Source of the DNA: Desulfobulbus propionicus DSM 2032
GTDB lineage: Bacteria; Desulfobacterota; Desulfobulbia; Desulfobulbales; Desulfobulbaceae
Reading direction: 5' to 3'
Assembly (NCBI RefSeq): GCF_000186885.1
Contig: NC_014972.1
Coordinates: forward strand, 480,001-512,000
DNA: 32,000 nt
Shown here: positions 20,287 through 29,539 of the stretch, in pieces
How the letters are laid out: each line of letters opens with the position of its first letter
How positions within the stretch are numbered: the stretch's first letter is position 1
Made by a program: the position numbers and the translations under genes
Notes under the pieces: generated by a model
Told to the model about the DNA's origin: nothing
Database searches by the model: none
What the model saw: the letters and a program-made list of their open reading frames with translations, nothing else

Positions 20287-22539
20287 TCAGCGCCCACCCT
20301 CGGCTTCGAGGTAGTCGATCTGATGTTCCGATGGTTTCATCTCCACCCTGGGGATGATATCGATCCGTGCCCGGTGCTTGGCCTCCAGCTCGGCCAGTTC
20401 CGCTCGTTTTTTGTTGAGCAGGTACTGGGCCACATCAAGGGGAAAACGGCATTCGACCCGGCCCACCTTCTTGCGGGTGATGCCAGTCTGGATGCGGCGG
20501 AGATAGTAGAGGGCCAGGGTTTCCACCGAGCGTACCGTGCCTCGGCCCTGGCAATACTCGCAGGTCCGGTAGCTGCCCTTCTCGATGGGCGCGCCCATTT
20601 TCTGCCGAGAAATTTGCATCAGGCCAAAGCGCGAGATTTTGCTGATGTCGACCTTGGCTTTGTCGCGCTTCATGCTCATCTTCACCTGGCGCTCGACCTC
20701 GCGGATATGCTTTTTATTGCGCATGTCGATGAAGTCGACCACGATTAGGCCGCCCAGGTCGCGCAGTCTGAGCTGTCGAGCCAGCTCCGCGGCCGCCTCC
20801 ATGTTGGCGAGGAAGATTGTCTCGTCAAAATCCGAGTTTTTCGAGGTTCGACCGGAGTTGACGTCGATGGCCACCAGGGCCTCGGTGGGATTGATCACGA
20901 TTGAGCCACCCGAGGGCAGGGGCACCTGCGGCTTGAAGATCGACTCGATCTGCTCCTCGATATTGTACTGGTTGAAGATGGGCTTGGCGCTGCGATGCAG
21001 CCGCACCTTAACCTGGCGCTGCTTGGCCGGCAGCTGCTCGATGAAAGCGTTGACATTATCGAGCGACTCCTCGGTGTCGACCAGAATTTCCTTGATCTCG
21101 GGAAAGAAATGATCGCGGAGGAAGCGGACAACCGTGTCCTGTTCCTCGTAGACTAAGGCCGGTGCATCCATGGTCTGGCCACGTTTCTTGATTTCTTCCC
21201 ACAGTTCGAGCAGGGTGTTGAGATCCTTTTCGAGTATGGCCTTGGTGGTCTCGGCGCTGGCCGTGCGGATGATGTAGCCGATGCCCTCGGGAATCTCGAA
21301 CTCACTCATGATCTCACGCAGGTTGGTCCGCCGTTCCTCGCCGACGATCTTGCGCGAGATGCCGGCGCTGTCGCTGCCAGGCATGAGCACCAGGCAGCGG
21401 CCGGGCAGGGAAAGGTAGGTGGTCATGTTGGCGCCCTTGTTGCCGGTCACCTCCTTCACAACTTGGACCAGCACTTCCTGGCCTTTCTGCATCACTTCCT
21501 CGATCTTCAGCTTTTTCCACTGGTGCTGGGCGATCAGGTTGCGGCAGCGTTCGTTGACATCCTGGCGGTAGTATTCGGGGTGGATTTCGTTGAAGGGCAA
21601 AAAGCCGTTGCGGCCGGTGCCGATGTCGACAAAGGCGGCCTGCAGGTTGGCCTCGATGGACACAATCCGGCCTTTGTAGATGTTGTTCTTGGTCGGTTCG
21701 CGATCGATGGTGGTGACATGGAAGGATTCCAGCCGGCCGTCTTCCACCAGGGCGATGCGACACTCTTCCGGTTCCTCGGCATTGATCAGTAGTTTGTAGG
21801 TGGCAGCCTTTTGCGGAATTTCAGATTCTTCGTCCTCGACCCGGTCTGTCTCCTCGTCCTCATCGCGGTCCGGTTCGATCATGGGGGCGATGGCACTGTC
21901 CGTTTCCTCGGCACTTGGTGCGTCCTCGCCAGGGGCTGCTTCCGCCTGTTTGCCGCGCTTCCTCCCGCCTCGACGTGGCCGCCTTTTTTTGGGCAGGGCC
22001 GCTTCCTCGCCGGGTTCGCCGTCGTCCGACGGTTCCAAGGCCGGACCCTGTTCTTCGGAGGCCGCGCTGTCCGCAGCGGCGGCAACCGGTTGGGAGACGT
22101 TCTCGACCGTCTCCGTGGAGGCCGATTCGGCCGGTTCGGTCACCGATGCTGCCGAGACGACCGGGGCAGGCGGGGAATCGGGTTCGATCACGACCGGCTC
22201 GGCCTCCTCCGATGGCGCGACAACCGAAGAGGGCGCGGCCGCGAGGGCGTCGCCGGCCGGAGGAGTTTCCGAGGGTGATTCAAGGGCAGGGGGCAGGGTG
22301 GATGCGATCTGCCCCTCGGCGTCGGATCGTGACGATGGGAGAGGAAGGACCATCTGGTCAGGCTGCGCTTCGGCAGGCTCCAGGGAAGCAGCGTCTGACG
22401 GAGCAACCATCTTGACGCTTTCCTTGGATGCGGCGCGGGGCACGCTTTTCCACCAGGCGCCGGTTTTCGCCTTGCGCGCTGGTGGGGCTTTTTCTCTTCT
22501 TTCTTTTTCGTCTTTTTCGTTGGGATCGTTTGCTGTCAT
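20287..22539 (-). CDS. Rne/Rng-family ribonuclease (RNase E/G) with long N-terminal low-complexity extension
   Basis: The ORF is open to a TTG at 22569; an ATG lies at 22537-22539. The catalytic core starts near residue 258 (YKLLINAEEPEECRIALVEDGRLESFHV versus E. coli RNase E [27 protein letters not shown]). S1 domain, DNase I-like and Zn-link (CEYCQGRG) regions are recognisable. There is no C-terminal scaffold. Confidence 0.9.
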   Translation of the reverse strand: MTANDPNEKDEKERREKAPPARKAKTGAWWKSVPRAASKESVKMVAPSDAASLEPAEAQPDQMVLPLPSSRSDAEGQIASTLPPALESPSETPPAGDALAAAPSSVVAPSEEAEPVVIEPDSPPAPVVSAASVTEPAESASTETVENVSQPVAAAADSAASEEQGPALEPSDDGEPGEEAALPKKRRPRRGGRKRGKQAEAAPGEDAPSAEETDSAIAPMIEPDRDEDEETDRVEDEESEIPQKAATYKLLINAEEPEECRIALVEDGRLESFHVTTIDREPTKNNIYKGRIVSIEANLQAAFVDIGTGRNGFLPFNEIHPEYYRQDVNERCRNLIAQHQWKKLKIEEVMQKGQEVLVQVVKEVTGNKGANMTTYLSLPGRCLVLMPGSDSAGISRKIVGEERRTNLREIMSEFEIPEGIGYIIRTASAETTKAILEKDLNTLLELWEEIKKRGQTMDAPALVYEEQDTVVRFLRDHFFPEIKEILVDTEESLDNVNAFIEQLPAKQRQVKVRLHRSAKPIFNQYNIEEQIESIFKPQVPLPSGGSIVINPTEALVAIDVNSGRTSKNSDFDETIFLANMEAAAELARQLRLRDLGGLIVVDFIDMRNKKHIREVERQVKMSMKRDKAKVDISKISRFGLMQISRQKMGAPIEKGSYRTCEYCQGRGTVRSVETLALYYLRRIQTGITRKKVGRVECRFPLDVAQYLLNKKRAELAELEAKHRARIDIIPRVEMKPSEHQIDYLEAEGGR

Positions 22540-22628
22540 TCGTTTCCTGTGGGTAATTTTTTCAGGCAACGTCCTCTACTCCAAGCAGGAGCGTGCCCCT
22601 TGCAAAGGAGTCGCGCCTGGCTGCCGCC

Positions 22629-23627
22629 TCATCGGGCATGCTGATAAAAGCGCTTGTCGCCGTGATCCTGCCACTGCAGGATACCAGAAAGTATCAGCGG
22701 TTCAAGGAGTTGCTCAACTTTATCCGGACCGCCGAGATGGAAGGTCCGGTCTATGTCAGCAGCGGTGCAAGGCCGCCGTTGGACCATTTCTACAATTTCC
22801 TGCACCAGTGCCTCCGGAGATGTTCCATCGGCAGCCGGCGTGGGGAGCGGTTCGTCCGTCTGCACCTGTAGCGGCGCAGTCCCTTCCGCTTCCGCGACAA
22901 AGGGCAGGTCAACCGGCAGGGCAAGGGCTTGGTGCAGGGCGCGGGCAACGGTGGTCAAACGCTCGCTGGACACAGGCAGGGCGAATTGTTCCGCGGGCGG
23001 CCGGACGACCGTGTTGAGTTGGATGCGATCAATGCGCATTGGCCGGAGCGCTTCAATCAGGGCCTCGATATCCTCGGGCCGGTCATTGACGCCGCGCACC
23101 AGCAAGATTTCCAGCCAGAGTTTGCCCGGGTAGGCGTGGGAGAAACTCGTCAATCCTGCGATGACCGCATCCAGAGCGAGGCCGTCGATTGGCCGGTCAA
23201 CGCGGCGAAAGCTGTCCTCGCGCGCCGCGTCAAGCGAGGGAATAACCAAATCCGCAGCCATCAGGTCCCGTTGCACCTCCGGATCCGTGAGGGTTGTTCC
23301 GTTGGTCAGCACAGCCACCGGTTTAGTCGTTTTCTGCTTGATGTGGCGCAGGATGCCCCCGAGACCGCGTTCCAGGGTCGGTTCGCCCTTGGCGGTGACG
23401 GTCAGTACATCCACCTCGGCCATCCTTCGGCTGTCCGCGCACACTGCATCGATCTCGGCGGCAATTCCGGCCGGGTCGGCGTAGGTGCCGCGCTGGCCGA
23501 CAGGAACGGCGGTTTTGCCCACCTCACAGTAGATACAGTTGAGATTGCAGATTTTACTCGGAAAAAGATCGATGCCGAGGGAGCGGCCAAGTCGCCGGGA
23601 ATTCACCGGGCCGAAGATACATTTCAT
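22629..23627 (-). CDS. Radical SAM protein
   Basis: 332 aa with N-terminal CNLNCIYC (CxxxCxxC) cluster motif after FGPVNSRRLGRSLGIDL. A winged-helix-like C-terminus. Immediately upstream of, and on the same strand as, the ribonuclease gene. Confidence 0.8.
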   Translation of the reverse strand: MKCIFGPVNSRRLGRSLGIDLFPSKICNLNCIYCEVGKTAVPVGQRGTYADPAGIAAEIDAVCADSRRMAEVDVLTVTAKGEPTLERGLGGILRHIKQKTTKPVAVLTNGTTLTDPEVQRDLMAADLVIPSLDAAREDSFRRVDRPIDGLALDAVIAGLTSFSHAYPGKLWLEILLVRGVNDRPEDIEALIEALRPMRIDRIQLNTVVRPPAEQFALPVSSERLTTVARALHQALALPVDLPFVAEAEGTAPLQVQTDEPLPTPAADGTSPEALVQEIVEMVQRRPCTAADIDRTFHLGGPDKVEQLLEPLILSGILQWQDHGDKRFYQHAR

Positions 23628-23775
23628 GCAGCGCTGTGCGTGTTGATGCCGCTGTGAAAGGCATGGATAAGGGGATGATGCAAGCCTTGGAAAATCAAGT
23701 CATTAGACCCGATAGTGACAGCGGATACTTAAACCAATTTCCACGGTGACGCAAGGCAAATCTACGACTTTTCGC

Positions 23776-23804
23776 TTGACACAAATCTGGCGGACACGTA
23801 CATT
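23776..23804 (+). promoter_or_regulatory. Putative sigma-70 promoter of lptD
   Basis: TTGACA (23776-23781), exactly 17 nt, TACATT (23799-23804), ~70 nt upstream of the ORF start. Confidence 0.45.
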
Positions 23805-23872
23805 CGGCCCTGTTATCAGTGATTATTGTTGTTTCATTTCTTTAATCGCTCCAACCAGTTGAGGTCTACCAA

Positions 23873-26257
23873 ATGCGCGCACGGCTTCTTTCTGCGCGTC
23901 CGTCCTCCTGTCTTGTCCTCTTTTCAAAGGAGCCGATCGAGGTGCAGTTTACCATTCCATCCTCCCCGATCCTTGCACTGCTTTTTCCGCTCTTCACCTG
24001 CCTTGTTTTCTGTCCTGCTCAAGCCTCCGCCGTGTCGGTGGATGCCCGACAGTGGGAGATTACCGCCGATAAAATGACCAGATACGAAAATCCTCCCCGT
24101 ATCGAGGCCGAAGGCAACGTGATCCTGGAAAAAAAGGAACCGGTGAGTGCCGTCCCGTCGCGCAAGGTATCACCCTGGAGCGACCTGCTGGGAGACGAGC
24201 CCAGCGGCAATACAGCCAAACAGCAGGGAAAACCGACCACCGAGCTGAAAACCGTGACCACGGTCAAGGCCGACTGGGTCAGCTATGACATTACCCAAGG
24301 GGTCCTGGAAACCAGGGGCCATTTGTTGATCGACGTCGGTCCCGACCAGCTGACCGCGGATTCCGGCCGTATCGATCTGGAAAAATCCACCGGACGCTTT
24401 GAAAGTGCCGTGGTCGTCCGTCAGGACAAGCAATTGCATTTCGAAGGGGAAGTGATCGAGAAAACCGGTGAATTGACCTACCATATCGAAGACGGCTGGG
24501 TGGTCACCTGTAAACTCCACCCCGGGGAAGTCCCGCCCTGGAGTTTCGCCGCCGCCGAGACGGAACTCACCGATGGCGGCTACGCCTTTCTCAAGCACGC
24601 CACCTTCCGCATCAAGGATATCCCGGTGCTCTATTCGCCGGTCATGGTGCTGCCTGCCAAGCGCAAGCGCCAGACCGGCTTTCTCTTTCCCATGGTGTTC
24701 ATGTCGGATCGCGACGGATTCAGCCTGGAAACCCCCTTCTTCATCGACCTCTCCCCGAGCAGCGACATCACCCTCTATCCCCGGTATTTCGCCAACCGGG
24801 GCTTCATGAGTGGCGCCGAATTCCGCTATGTCCTCGATGAAGACAGCAAGGGCATGCTCATGGGCAACTATCTGGAAGACGAGTTGTCCGATCCCTCAGA
24901 GGTGGACTATTACGAAGACGGCGATTTCACCCACACCAATTCCGAACGCTACTGGATTCGCGGCAAGGCGGATCATGACAAGGGGCCCTGGAGTACACGG
25001 TTGGATCTGGATATCGTCTCCGACCTGGACTACCTGCGGGAGTTCAATACCGGCGCTACCAGTTTCACCGCCAGCAAGGACAGATTCCTCGATGTCTTCG
25101 GCCGGGGGTTCACCGATAAATCGAATCGTTATCGGGAAAATTCCCTAGCCACCCTGCGGAACTGGGACAATGGTGCCACCGCCCTGCTGGGCGAATTTGT
25201 CGCGGTCAATGACGTCAGCGAACGGGTCTACAGCGCGGACAATCCTTCGCAGCCCTGGAAACTGCCATCCCTGACCTATTCGGGTCTGGTGCCCCTGGCC
25301 AGCAGCAGCGGCCCCGATTTTTCCTGGGACGCCAACTACACCAATTACTGGCGGGAAGAGGGCGTGGGCGCCCAGCGAATCGATCTGATGCCCACGGTGA
25401 CCGCCGGCATTCCACTAAGTCCCTATCTCGAGAGCTATGTCAGCGGCGGCGTCCGCGATACCGGCTACACGATTCGCGACAACGGCGCCTCGGACTGGGA
25501 GGAGACCGATTCGGAAAACAGGTTGCTCTACAATTTTGACGGTGAACTCGCCACCACCCTGATGCGGGATTTTTCCGTCTCCTTCGGCGATGTCAACACC
25601 TTGAGCCATACCCTGCGGCCCTATGTTGCCTACGGCTATACCGAGATTCCCGACGAAAAAGTGTTGCCGCAGTTTGATCCGATCGACGATCTGGAAGAAC
25701 AGAATACCCTCTATGTGGGCATCAACAATTTCTTTGACATTGCCGGCGAGCGCAACGGCCGTGCATTTGAGCGGGAATACGCCTTTTTCAAGATCAAGCA
25801 AGGCTACGACATGCGTAGCGAGGAAAGCGATACGCCGCTGACCCCGGTCATGGCGGAGACCGGCTGGTATCCGATCGAGCGAATGCGCCTCAAGTACACC
25901 ACCTACATCGACGTGTACGGCGACGGCGCCTACCTGCATTCCGTCGACAGCGATTACGCAAGCTCCGCCGGGGACAGGTTTTCCCTTGATTACCGGTATA
26001 ACGAGCTCACCGACGTCAATTCGGTCAAAGGCAGTTTCTGGTATCTGTTGCCGTACAATTTTGCCGCCGGCTACGGACTGGAACGGGCGATCGAAACCGA
26101 CGAAACCATCGAGGAAACCGTCAAGCTGCGTTACATCCAGCCCTGCTGGTCGGTGGAGGTCTCCTCGAACCACACCCCTGGCGATCAAACGGTGATGATC
26201 ACCTTCCGCCTTGCCAACATAGGCCCTCCCCTGGGCATTGACTTCCCTGGCCAGTAA
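23873..26257 (+). CDS. lptD: LPS-assembly outer-membrane protein LptD (OstA)
   Basis: 794 aa. Signal-like segment ILALLFPLFTCLVFCPAQASA. OstA_N motif (ITADKMTRYENPPRIEAEGNVILEK) and a large C-terminal beta-barrel region (YPRYFANRGFMSGAEFRY ...). An alternative GTG start at 23942 is possible. Confidence 0.85.
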   Translation: MRARLLSARPSSCLVLFSKEPIEVQFTIPSSPILALLFPLFTCLVFCPAQASAVSVDARQWEITADKMTRYENPPRIEAEGNVILEKKEPVSAVPSRKVSPWSDLLGDEPSGNTAKQQGKPTTELKTVTTVKADWVSYDITQGVLETRGHLLIDVGPDQLTADSGRIDLEKSTGRFESAVVVRQDKQLHFEGEVIEKTGELTYHIEDGWVVTCKLHPGEVPPWSFAAAETELTDGGYAFLKHATFRIKDIPVLYSPVMVLPAKRKRQTGFLFPMVFMSDRDGFSLETPFFIDLSPSSDITLYPRYFANRGFMSGAEFRYVLDEDSKGMLMGNYLEDELSDPSEVDYYEDGDFTHTNSERYWIRGKADHDKGPWSTRLDLDIVSDLDYLREFNTGATSFTASKDRFLDVFGRGFTDKSNRYRENSLATLRNWDNGATALLGEFVAVNDVSERVYSADNPSQPWKLPSLTYSGLVPLASSSGPDFSWDANYTNYWREEGVGAQRIDLMPTVTAGIPLSPYLESYVSGGVRDTGYTIRDNGASDWEETDSENRLLYNFDGELATTLMRDFSVSFGDVNTLSHTLRPYVAYGYTEIPDEKVLPQFDPIDDLEEQNTLYVGINNFFDIAGERNGRAFEREYAFFKIKQGYDMRSEESDTPLTPVMAETGWYPIERMRLKYTTYIDVYGDGAYLHSVDSDYASSAGDRFSLDYRYNELTDVNSVKGSFWYLLPYNFAAGYGLERAIETDETIEETVKLRYIQPCWSVEVSSNHTPGDQTVMITFRLANIGPPLGIDFPGQ

Positions 26258-26297
26258 CAAGGCGATTGTTGCCCGTCACCGAAACCTGTGGTGCCTC

Positions 26298-27257
26298 ATG
26301 AACTGTATCGATGTTTTCAATGGGGACGCGGACGGTATCTGCGCCCTGCACCAGCTGCGCCTTCACATCCCGCAACCTGAGGCCCGCCTAGTCACCGGAG
26401 TCAAGCGGGACATCGCTCTGCTTGATCGGCTGGCCGGGGTGCACGGCCATCGGATCACCGTGCTTGATGTCTCGCTCGACCGCAACCGCGCCGCCCTGGA
26501 ACGGCTGCTGGGCCACGACAACCGCATCTTGTACGTCGATCACCACTACAGCGGAGCCGTTCCCGAGTCCGACGCGCTGGAGGTGCACATCGACCCCTCG
26601 CCGCTGCTCTGCACCTCGTTGATCGTTGACCGTTTGTTGCAGGGGGCGTATCGACCTTGGGCACTTGTCGGCGCTTTTGGCGACAACCTCGATGAAGTGG
26701 CGCAGCAACAGGCGCAGGATACCGGCTTGGATGATGCGCGCACCGCTGTGCTCAAGGATATCGGTCGGTTGTTGAACTATAACGGTTATGGGTTGGTGGA
26801 GGAGGACCTTCTGGTCCATCCCGCCGACCTGTACCGTGAGGTACACCGCTTCGCCGATCCGTTTGCCTTTGGTCGCGATTCAACCCTGCTTGCGGCGCTC
26901 CGCCGGGGATACGGCGAAGACATGCGCAGGGCCGCGGATCTAGCCCCGTATCGGACCAGTACCAGCGGTCGTGTCTTCCTGCTGCCGACGGCTGCCTGGT
27001 CTAAACGAGTGGTTGGTGTTTTTGCCAATCAACTGTCGCGCGAACAGCCCGAACAGGCCCATGCCACGGTCCTGCCCCAGGCGGACGGCAGCTATTTGAT
27101 CAGTGTGCGCGCGCCGTTGGCCACCCGCCTGGGCGCCGACAACCTCTGCCGCCAGTTCCCAACCGGTGGTGGCCGGGCCGCCGCTGCCGGGATCAATCGT
27201 TTGCCGGAACGTGAATTGGAGCGTTTCCTCGACGCCTTTGCCCGCCATTTTGCCTGA
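26298..27257 (+). CDS. DHH-family phosphoesterase-like protein
   Basis: The ORF track opens at 26238 and overlaps lptD. ATG at 26298 gives MNCIDVFNGDADGICALHQLRL ... VDHHYSG (DHH-type Asp/His motifs). 319 aa. Confidence 0.55.
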   Translation: MNCIDVFNGDADGICALHQLRLHIPQPEARLVTGVKRDIALLDRLAGVHGHRITVLDVSLDRNRAALERLLGHDNRILYVDHHYSGAVPESDALEVHIDPSPLLCTSLIVDRLLQGAYRPWALVGAFGDNLDEVAQQQAQDTGLDDARTAVLKDIGRLLNYNGYGLVEEDLLVHPADLYREVHRFADPFAFGRDSTLLAALRRGYGEDMRRAADLAPYRTSTSGRVFLLPTAAWSKRVVGVFANQLSREQPEQAHATVLPQADGSYLISVRAPLATRLGADNLCRQFPTGGGRAAAAGINRLPERELERFLDAFARHFA

Positions 27258-27312
27258 TCACCCCGGTGCCTCCCGGCGAAGACGCCACGCCGCCCATGGT
27301 CAGGGCCGTCCC

Positions 27313-28467
27313 GTGGCGCGCGCTCTGGTGGGGGTCATCGCCATTCTGCTCATTGGTTGGGCTACTCGGAACGCATCGGCGGCCGCACCGCCTCCCCTTT
27401 TTATCGATGATCTCGAACTGCATGGGCTCGAGCCGGCCTTGGACAAAAGCCTGGCTCACTTGCGCATCCTGCCTGCGGCCACCCGGTTCAGGGTGGCCGA
27501 TACGACGATACCGGTAGGGCGTCTGATCGATTCGATCCACCGTCTTCGCACCCTGATCCAGGCCAATCCAGATCCTGAAAAGTTACACCGCCAGATCCTT
27601 GAGCACTTCACGGTCTGGACTGTCCATGGCCGGCCTGACGACGAGTCCCTTTCGGCACGGCGGATGCTGATCACCGGTTATTATCAGCCGGTTTTCGCCG
27701 GAAGCCTCTCTAGGCACCCCCCCTATCTGTATCCACTCTACCGCGAACCCGATGACCTTCTGGTCCGGGAACAGGCGGGGCAAAGGAACGTCCTTGGGCG
27801 AAAGGAAAACGGGCGGATTGTCCCCTATTGGAGTCGGCGGGAGATCGAACAGGCAAACCTGCTGCGGGGGATGGAAATGGTGTGGCTCAAGGACCCGTTT
27901 GACGCCTTTATGCTCCATGTCCAAGGCTCGGGGATCATCCGCCTGGTCGACGGCTCCCTGCGAGGCGTCCATTATGCCCGCAGCAATGGCCGCGAGTACC
28001 GCAGCATCGGTAAATATCTGGTCGATACCGGCCGGATGCGGCTGGCCGATGTCACCATGGACAGCATCCGGAGCTATATCGACCAGCACCCGGATGAACG
28101 GGATCTGATTCTGCGACAAAACGATTCCTTTATTTTTTTTCACTGGAGAGAGCCAGGACCGGCGCTCGGCAGCCTCAATCAGGTGCTGACCGCCGGACGC
28201 TCGGTGGCTGCCGATCAACAGTGGTATCCTCCCGGATCGCTCCTGTTCCTGGACAGCCGCCGGCCGATCATGAAAGAGGGCGGAGCGGTCGGATGGCAGA
28301 GAATGCGCCGCTTTGTCACCGTGCAAGATACGGGCTCCGCGCTCAAGGGACCGAGGCGGATCGATGTGTTCTGGGGGACCGGCGAGCAAGCGGGGTGGGA
28401 AGCGGGGCAGATGAAGGAGGAAGGGGTCGCCTATCTGTTGCTGCTCAAGGAGGGGGGCGCTCCCTAA
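27313..28467 (+). CDS. mltA: Membrane-bound lytic murein transglycosylase A (MltA + 3D domains)
   Basis: MltA-like motifs: ITGYYQPVF, VPYWSRREIE, FMLHVQGSGIIRL, YRSIGKYLVD. 3D-domain end: AGRSVAADQQWYPPGSLLFL ... RFVTVQDTGSALKGPRRIDVFWG. The start is uncertain. The frame is open from GTG at 27103, and GTG at 27313 gives a signal peptide (M)ARALVGVIAILLIGWATRNASAA without overlapping the upstream gene. Confidence 0.8.
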   Translation: MARALVGVIAILLIGWATRNASAAAPPPLFIDDLELHGLEPALDKSLAHLRILPAATRFRVADTTIPVGRLIDSIHRLRTLIQANPDPEKLHRQILEHFTVWTVHGRPDDESLSARRMLITGYYQPVFAGSLSRHPPYLYPLYREPDDLLVREQAGQRNVLGRKENGRIVPYWSRREIEQANLLRGMEMVWLKDPFDAFMLHVQGSGIIRLVDGSLRGVHYARSNGREYRSIGKYLVDTGRMRLADVTMDSIRSYIDQHPDERDLILRQNDSFIFFHWREPGPALGSLNQVLTAGRSVAADQQWYPPGSLLFLDSRRPIMKEGGAVGWQRMRRFVTVQDTGSALKGPRRIDVFWGTGEQAGWEAGQMKEEGVAYLLLLKEGGAP

Positions 28468-28572
28468 CCGCCATTGTGCCGAGGGTTCCGGCCAGTTTCG
28501 TCCGTTGAAAATTGTGGCATACTGCTTGCGTTCTCCGACCGTCCCCGGTACATTGCCTGCGAAAAATCAAGC

Positions 28573-28649
<77 letters not shown>

Positions 28650-28658
28650 GAAGAACAT

Positions 28659-28701
28659 AAAAAACAGCCACTTGGAAAATATTTTCCAAGTGGCTGTTTT
28701 T
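28659..28701 (+). terminator. Rho-independent terminator after tRNA-Arg(UCU)
   Basis: Perfect palindrome AAAAACAGCCACTTGGAAAAT/ATTTTCCAAGTGGCTGTTTTT, with the GC-rich stem ACAGCCACTTGG followed by T5. Confidence 0.8.
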
Positions 28702-28816
28702 ATTTTGTGCCGAGCCCGACAATAAAAAATTTTACTGTACCCGTAGTGGGCTACAAGGGGGGCGCATAAACCAAGAAACTTTGCATAGCGGAATGTATTG
28801 ATCGTGACCCAAATCG

Positions 28817-28871
28817 AACCATAATGAAACATATTGAATCCACCAATGGTTCAATATGTTTCATTATGGTT
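28817..28871. repeat. 22-bp perfect inverted repeat with 11-nt spacer (candidate enhancer/UAS or hairpin element)
   Basis: AACCATAATGAAACATATTGAA (28817-28838), TCCACCAATGG, TTCAATATGTTTCATTATGGTT (28850-28871). Centred ~110 bp upstream of the sigma-54 -24 element. Confidence 0.9.
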
Positions 28872-28952
28872 TAGTGGCGGTCTGGATTAGAAACAAAAAA
28901 ATAATGTTCAGCCAATTTGCTAATATTATTCAATTAAAATTAAAACCAAAAG

Positions 28953-28968
28953 TGGCATCTCTTTTGCT
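28953..28968 (+). promoter_or_regulatory. Sigma-54 (-24/-12) promoter of the RR-CBS-SLC13 operon
   Basis: TGGCAT-CTCTT-TTGCT has GG and GC correctly spaced, with one mismatch to TGGCAC-N5-TTGCW. It lies 100 nt upstream of the response-regulator ATG, with AT-rich DNA between it and the palindrome. Confidence 0.7.
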
Positions 28969-29068
28969 TTAAGCATGACGGCGTTATGAATTGCCATTCA
29001 CTGATCGGTATCGTCGCCGGTCGTATCAGTTTGAAACTATTCGATAACGATAGAAACAAGGAGAAGCT

Positions 29069-29509
29069 ATGGAAAAGGAAATGGAGGCCAAGGTTCTGCT
29101 GGTGGACGACGAGCAGGATTTTCTTGAAACGCTGTCCAGCCGCCTGGAGATGCGGGGCCTCAAGGTCAGCGCCGTGACCAGCGGCGAGCAGGCGGTGACC
29201 GAGGCCAAGCAGCAGGACTACGACGCCATCATCGTCGATCTGGCCATGCCCGGCATTGACGGCCTGGAAACCCTCAAGCGGATCAAGGCCGACAATCCCA
29301 ACGCCGAGATCATCATGCTCACCGGCCAGGCCTCGGTGCAAAGCGGGGTGGAGGCGATGAAGCTCGGAGCCGGCGATTTCCTCCAGAAACCGGTGGAGCT
29401 GAGCGAGCTGATGGACAAGATCGGCGAGGCCAAGAGCAAGAAAATGCTGGTGCTGCAGAAGCAGTCGCAGGAAGAGCTGCGCAAGATCATCAAGTCCAAG
29501 AGCTGGTAA
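29069..29509 (+). CDS. Single-domain response regulator (REC) with C-terminal helical tail
   Basis: 146 aa with RBS AAGGAG at 5-nt spacing. VLLVDDEQDF ... YDAIIVDLAMPGIDGLE ... IIMLTGQAS ... GAGDFLQKP. Confidence 0.9.
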   Translation: MEKEMEAKVLLVDDEQDFLETLSSRLEMRGLKVSAVTSGEQAVTEAKQQDYDAIIVDLAMPGIDGLETLKRIKADNPNAEIIMLTGQASVQSGVEAMKLGAGDFLQKPVELSELMDKIGEAKSKKMLVLQKQSQEELRKIIKSKSW

Positions 29510-29539
29510 CAGCCAGGACCCCACCTAAAGGAGAAAGGC

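Noticed and set aside
21800-23017. 405-aa plus-strand ORF and several 60-170-aa ORFs across 21.4-22.4 kb
   Set aside because: They are antisense or alternate frames of the ribonuclease N-terminal low-complexity region and the radical SAM gene. The Ser/Ala/Gly/Arg-rich translations mirror the opposite-strand Pro/Ala/Glu repeats.
25415-26260. 281-aa minus-strand ORF; likewise 27583-28389 (268 aa), 16504-17328 (274 aa) and 8659-9210 (183 aa)
   Set aside because: These are antisense or alternate frames inside lptD, mltA, the primase gene and the FemAB gene respectively. None has motifs, and each opposite or primary frame has clear family signatures.
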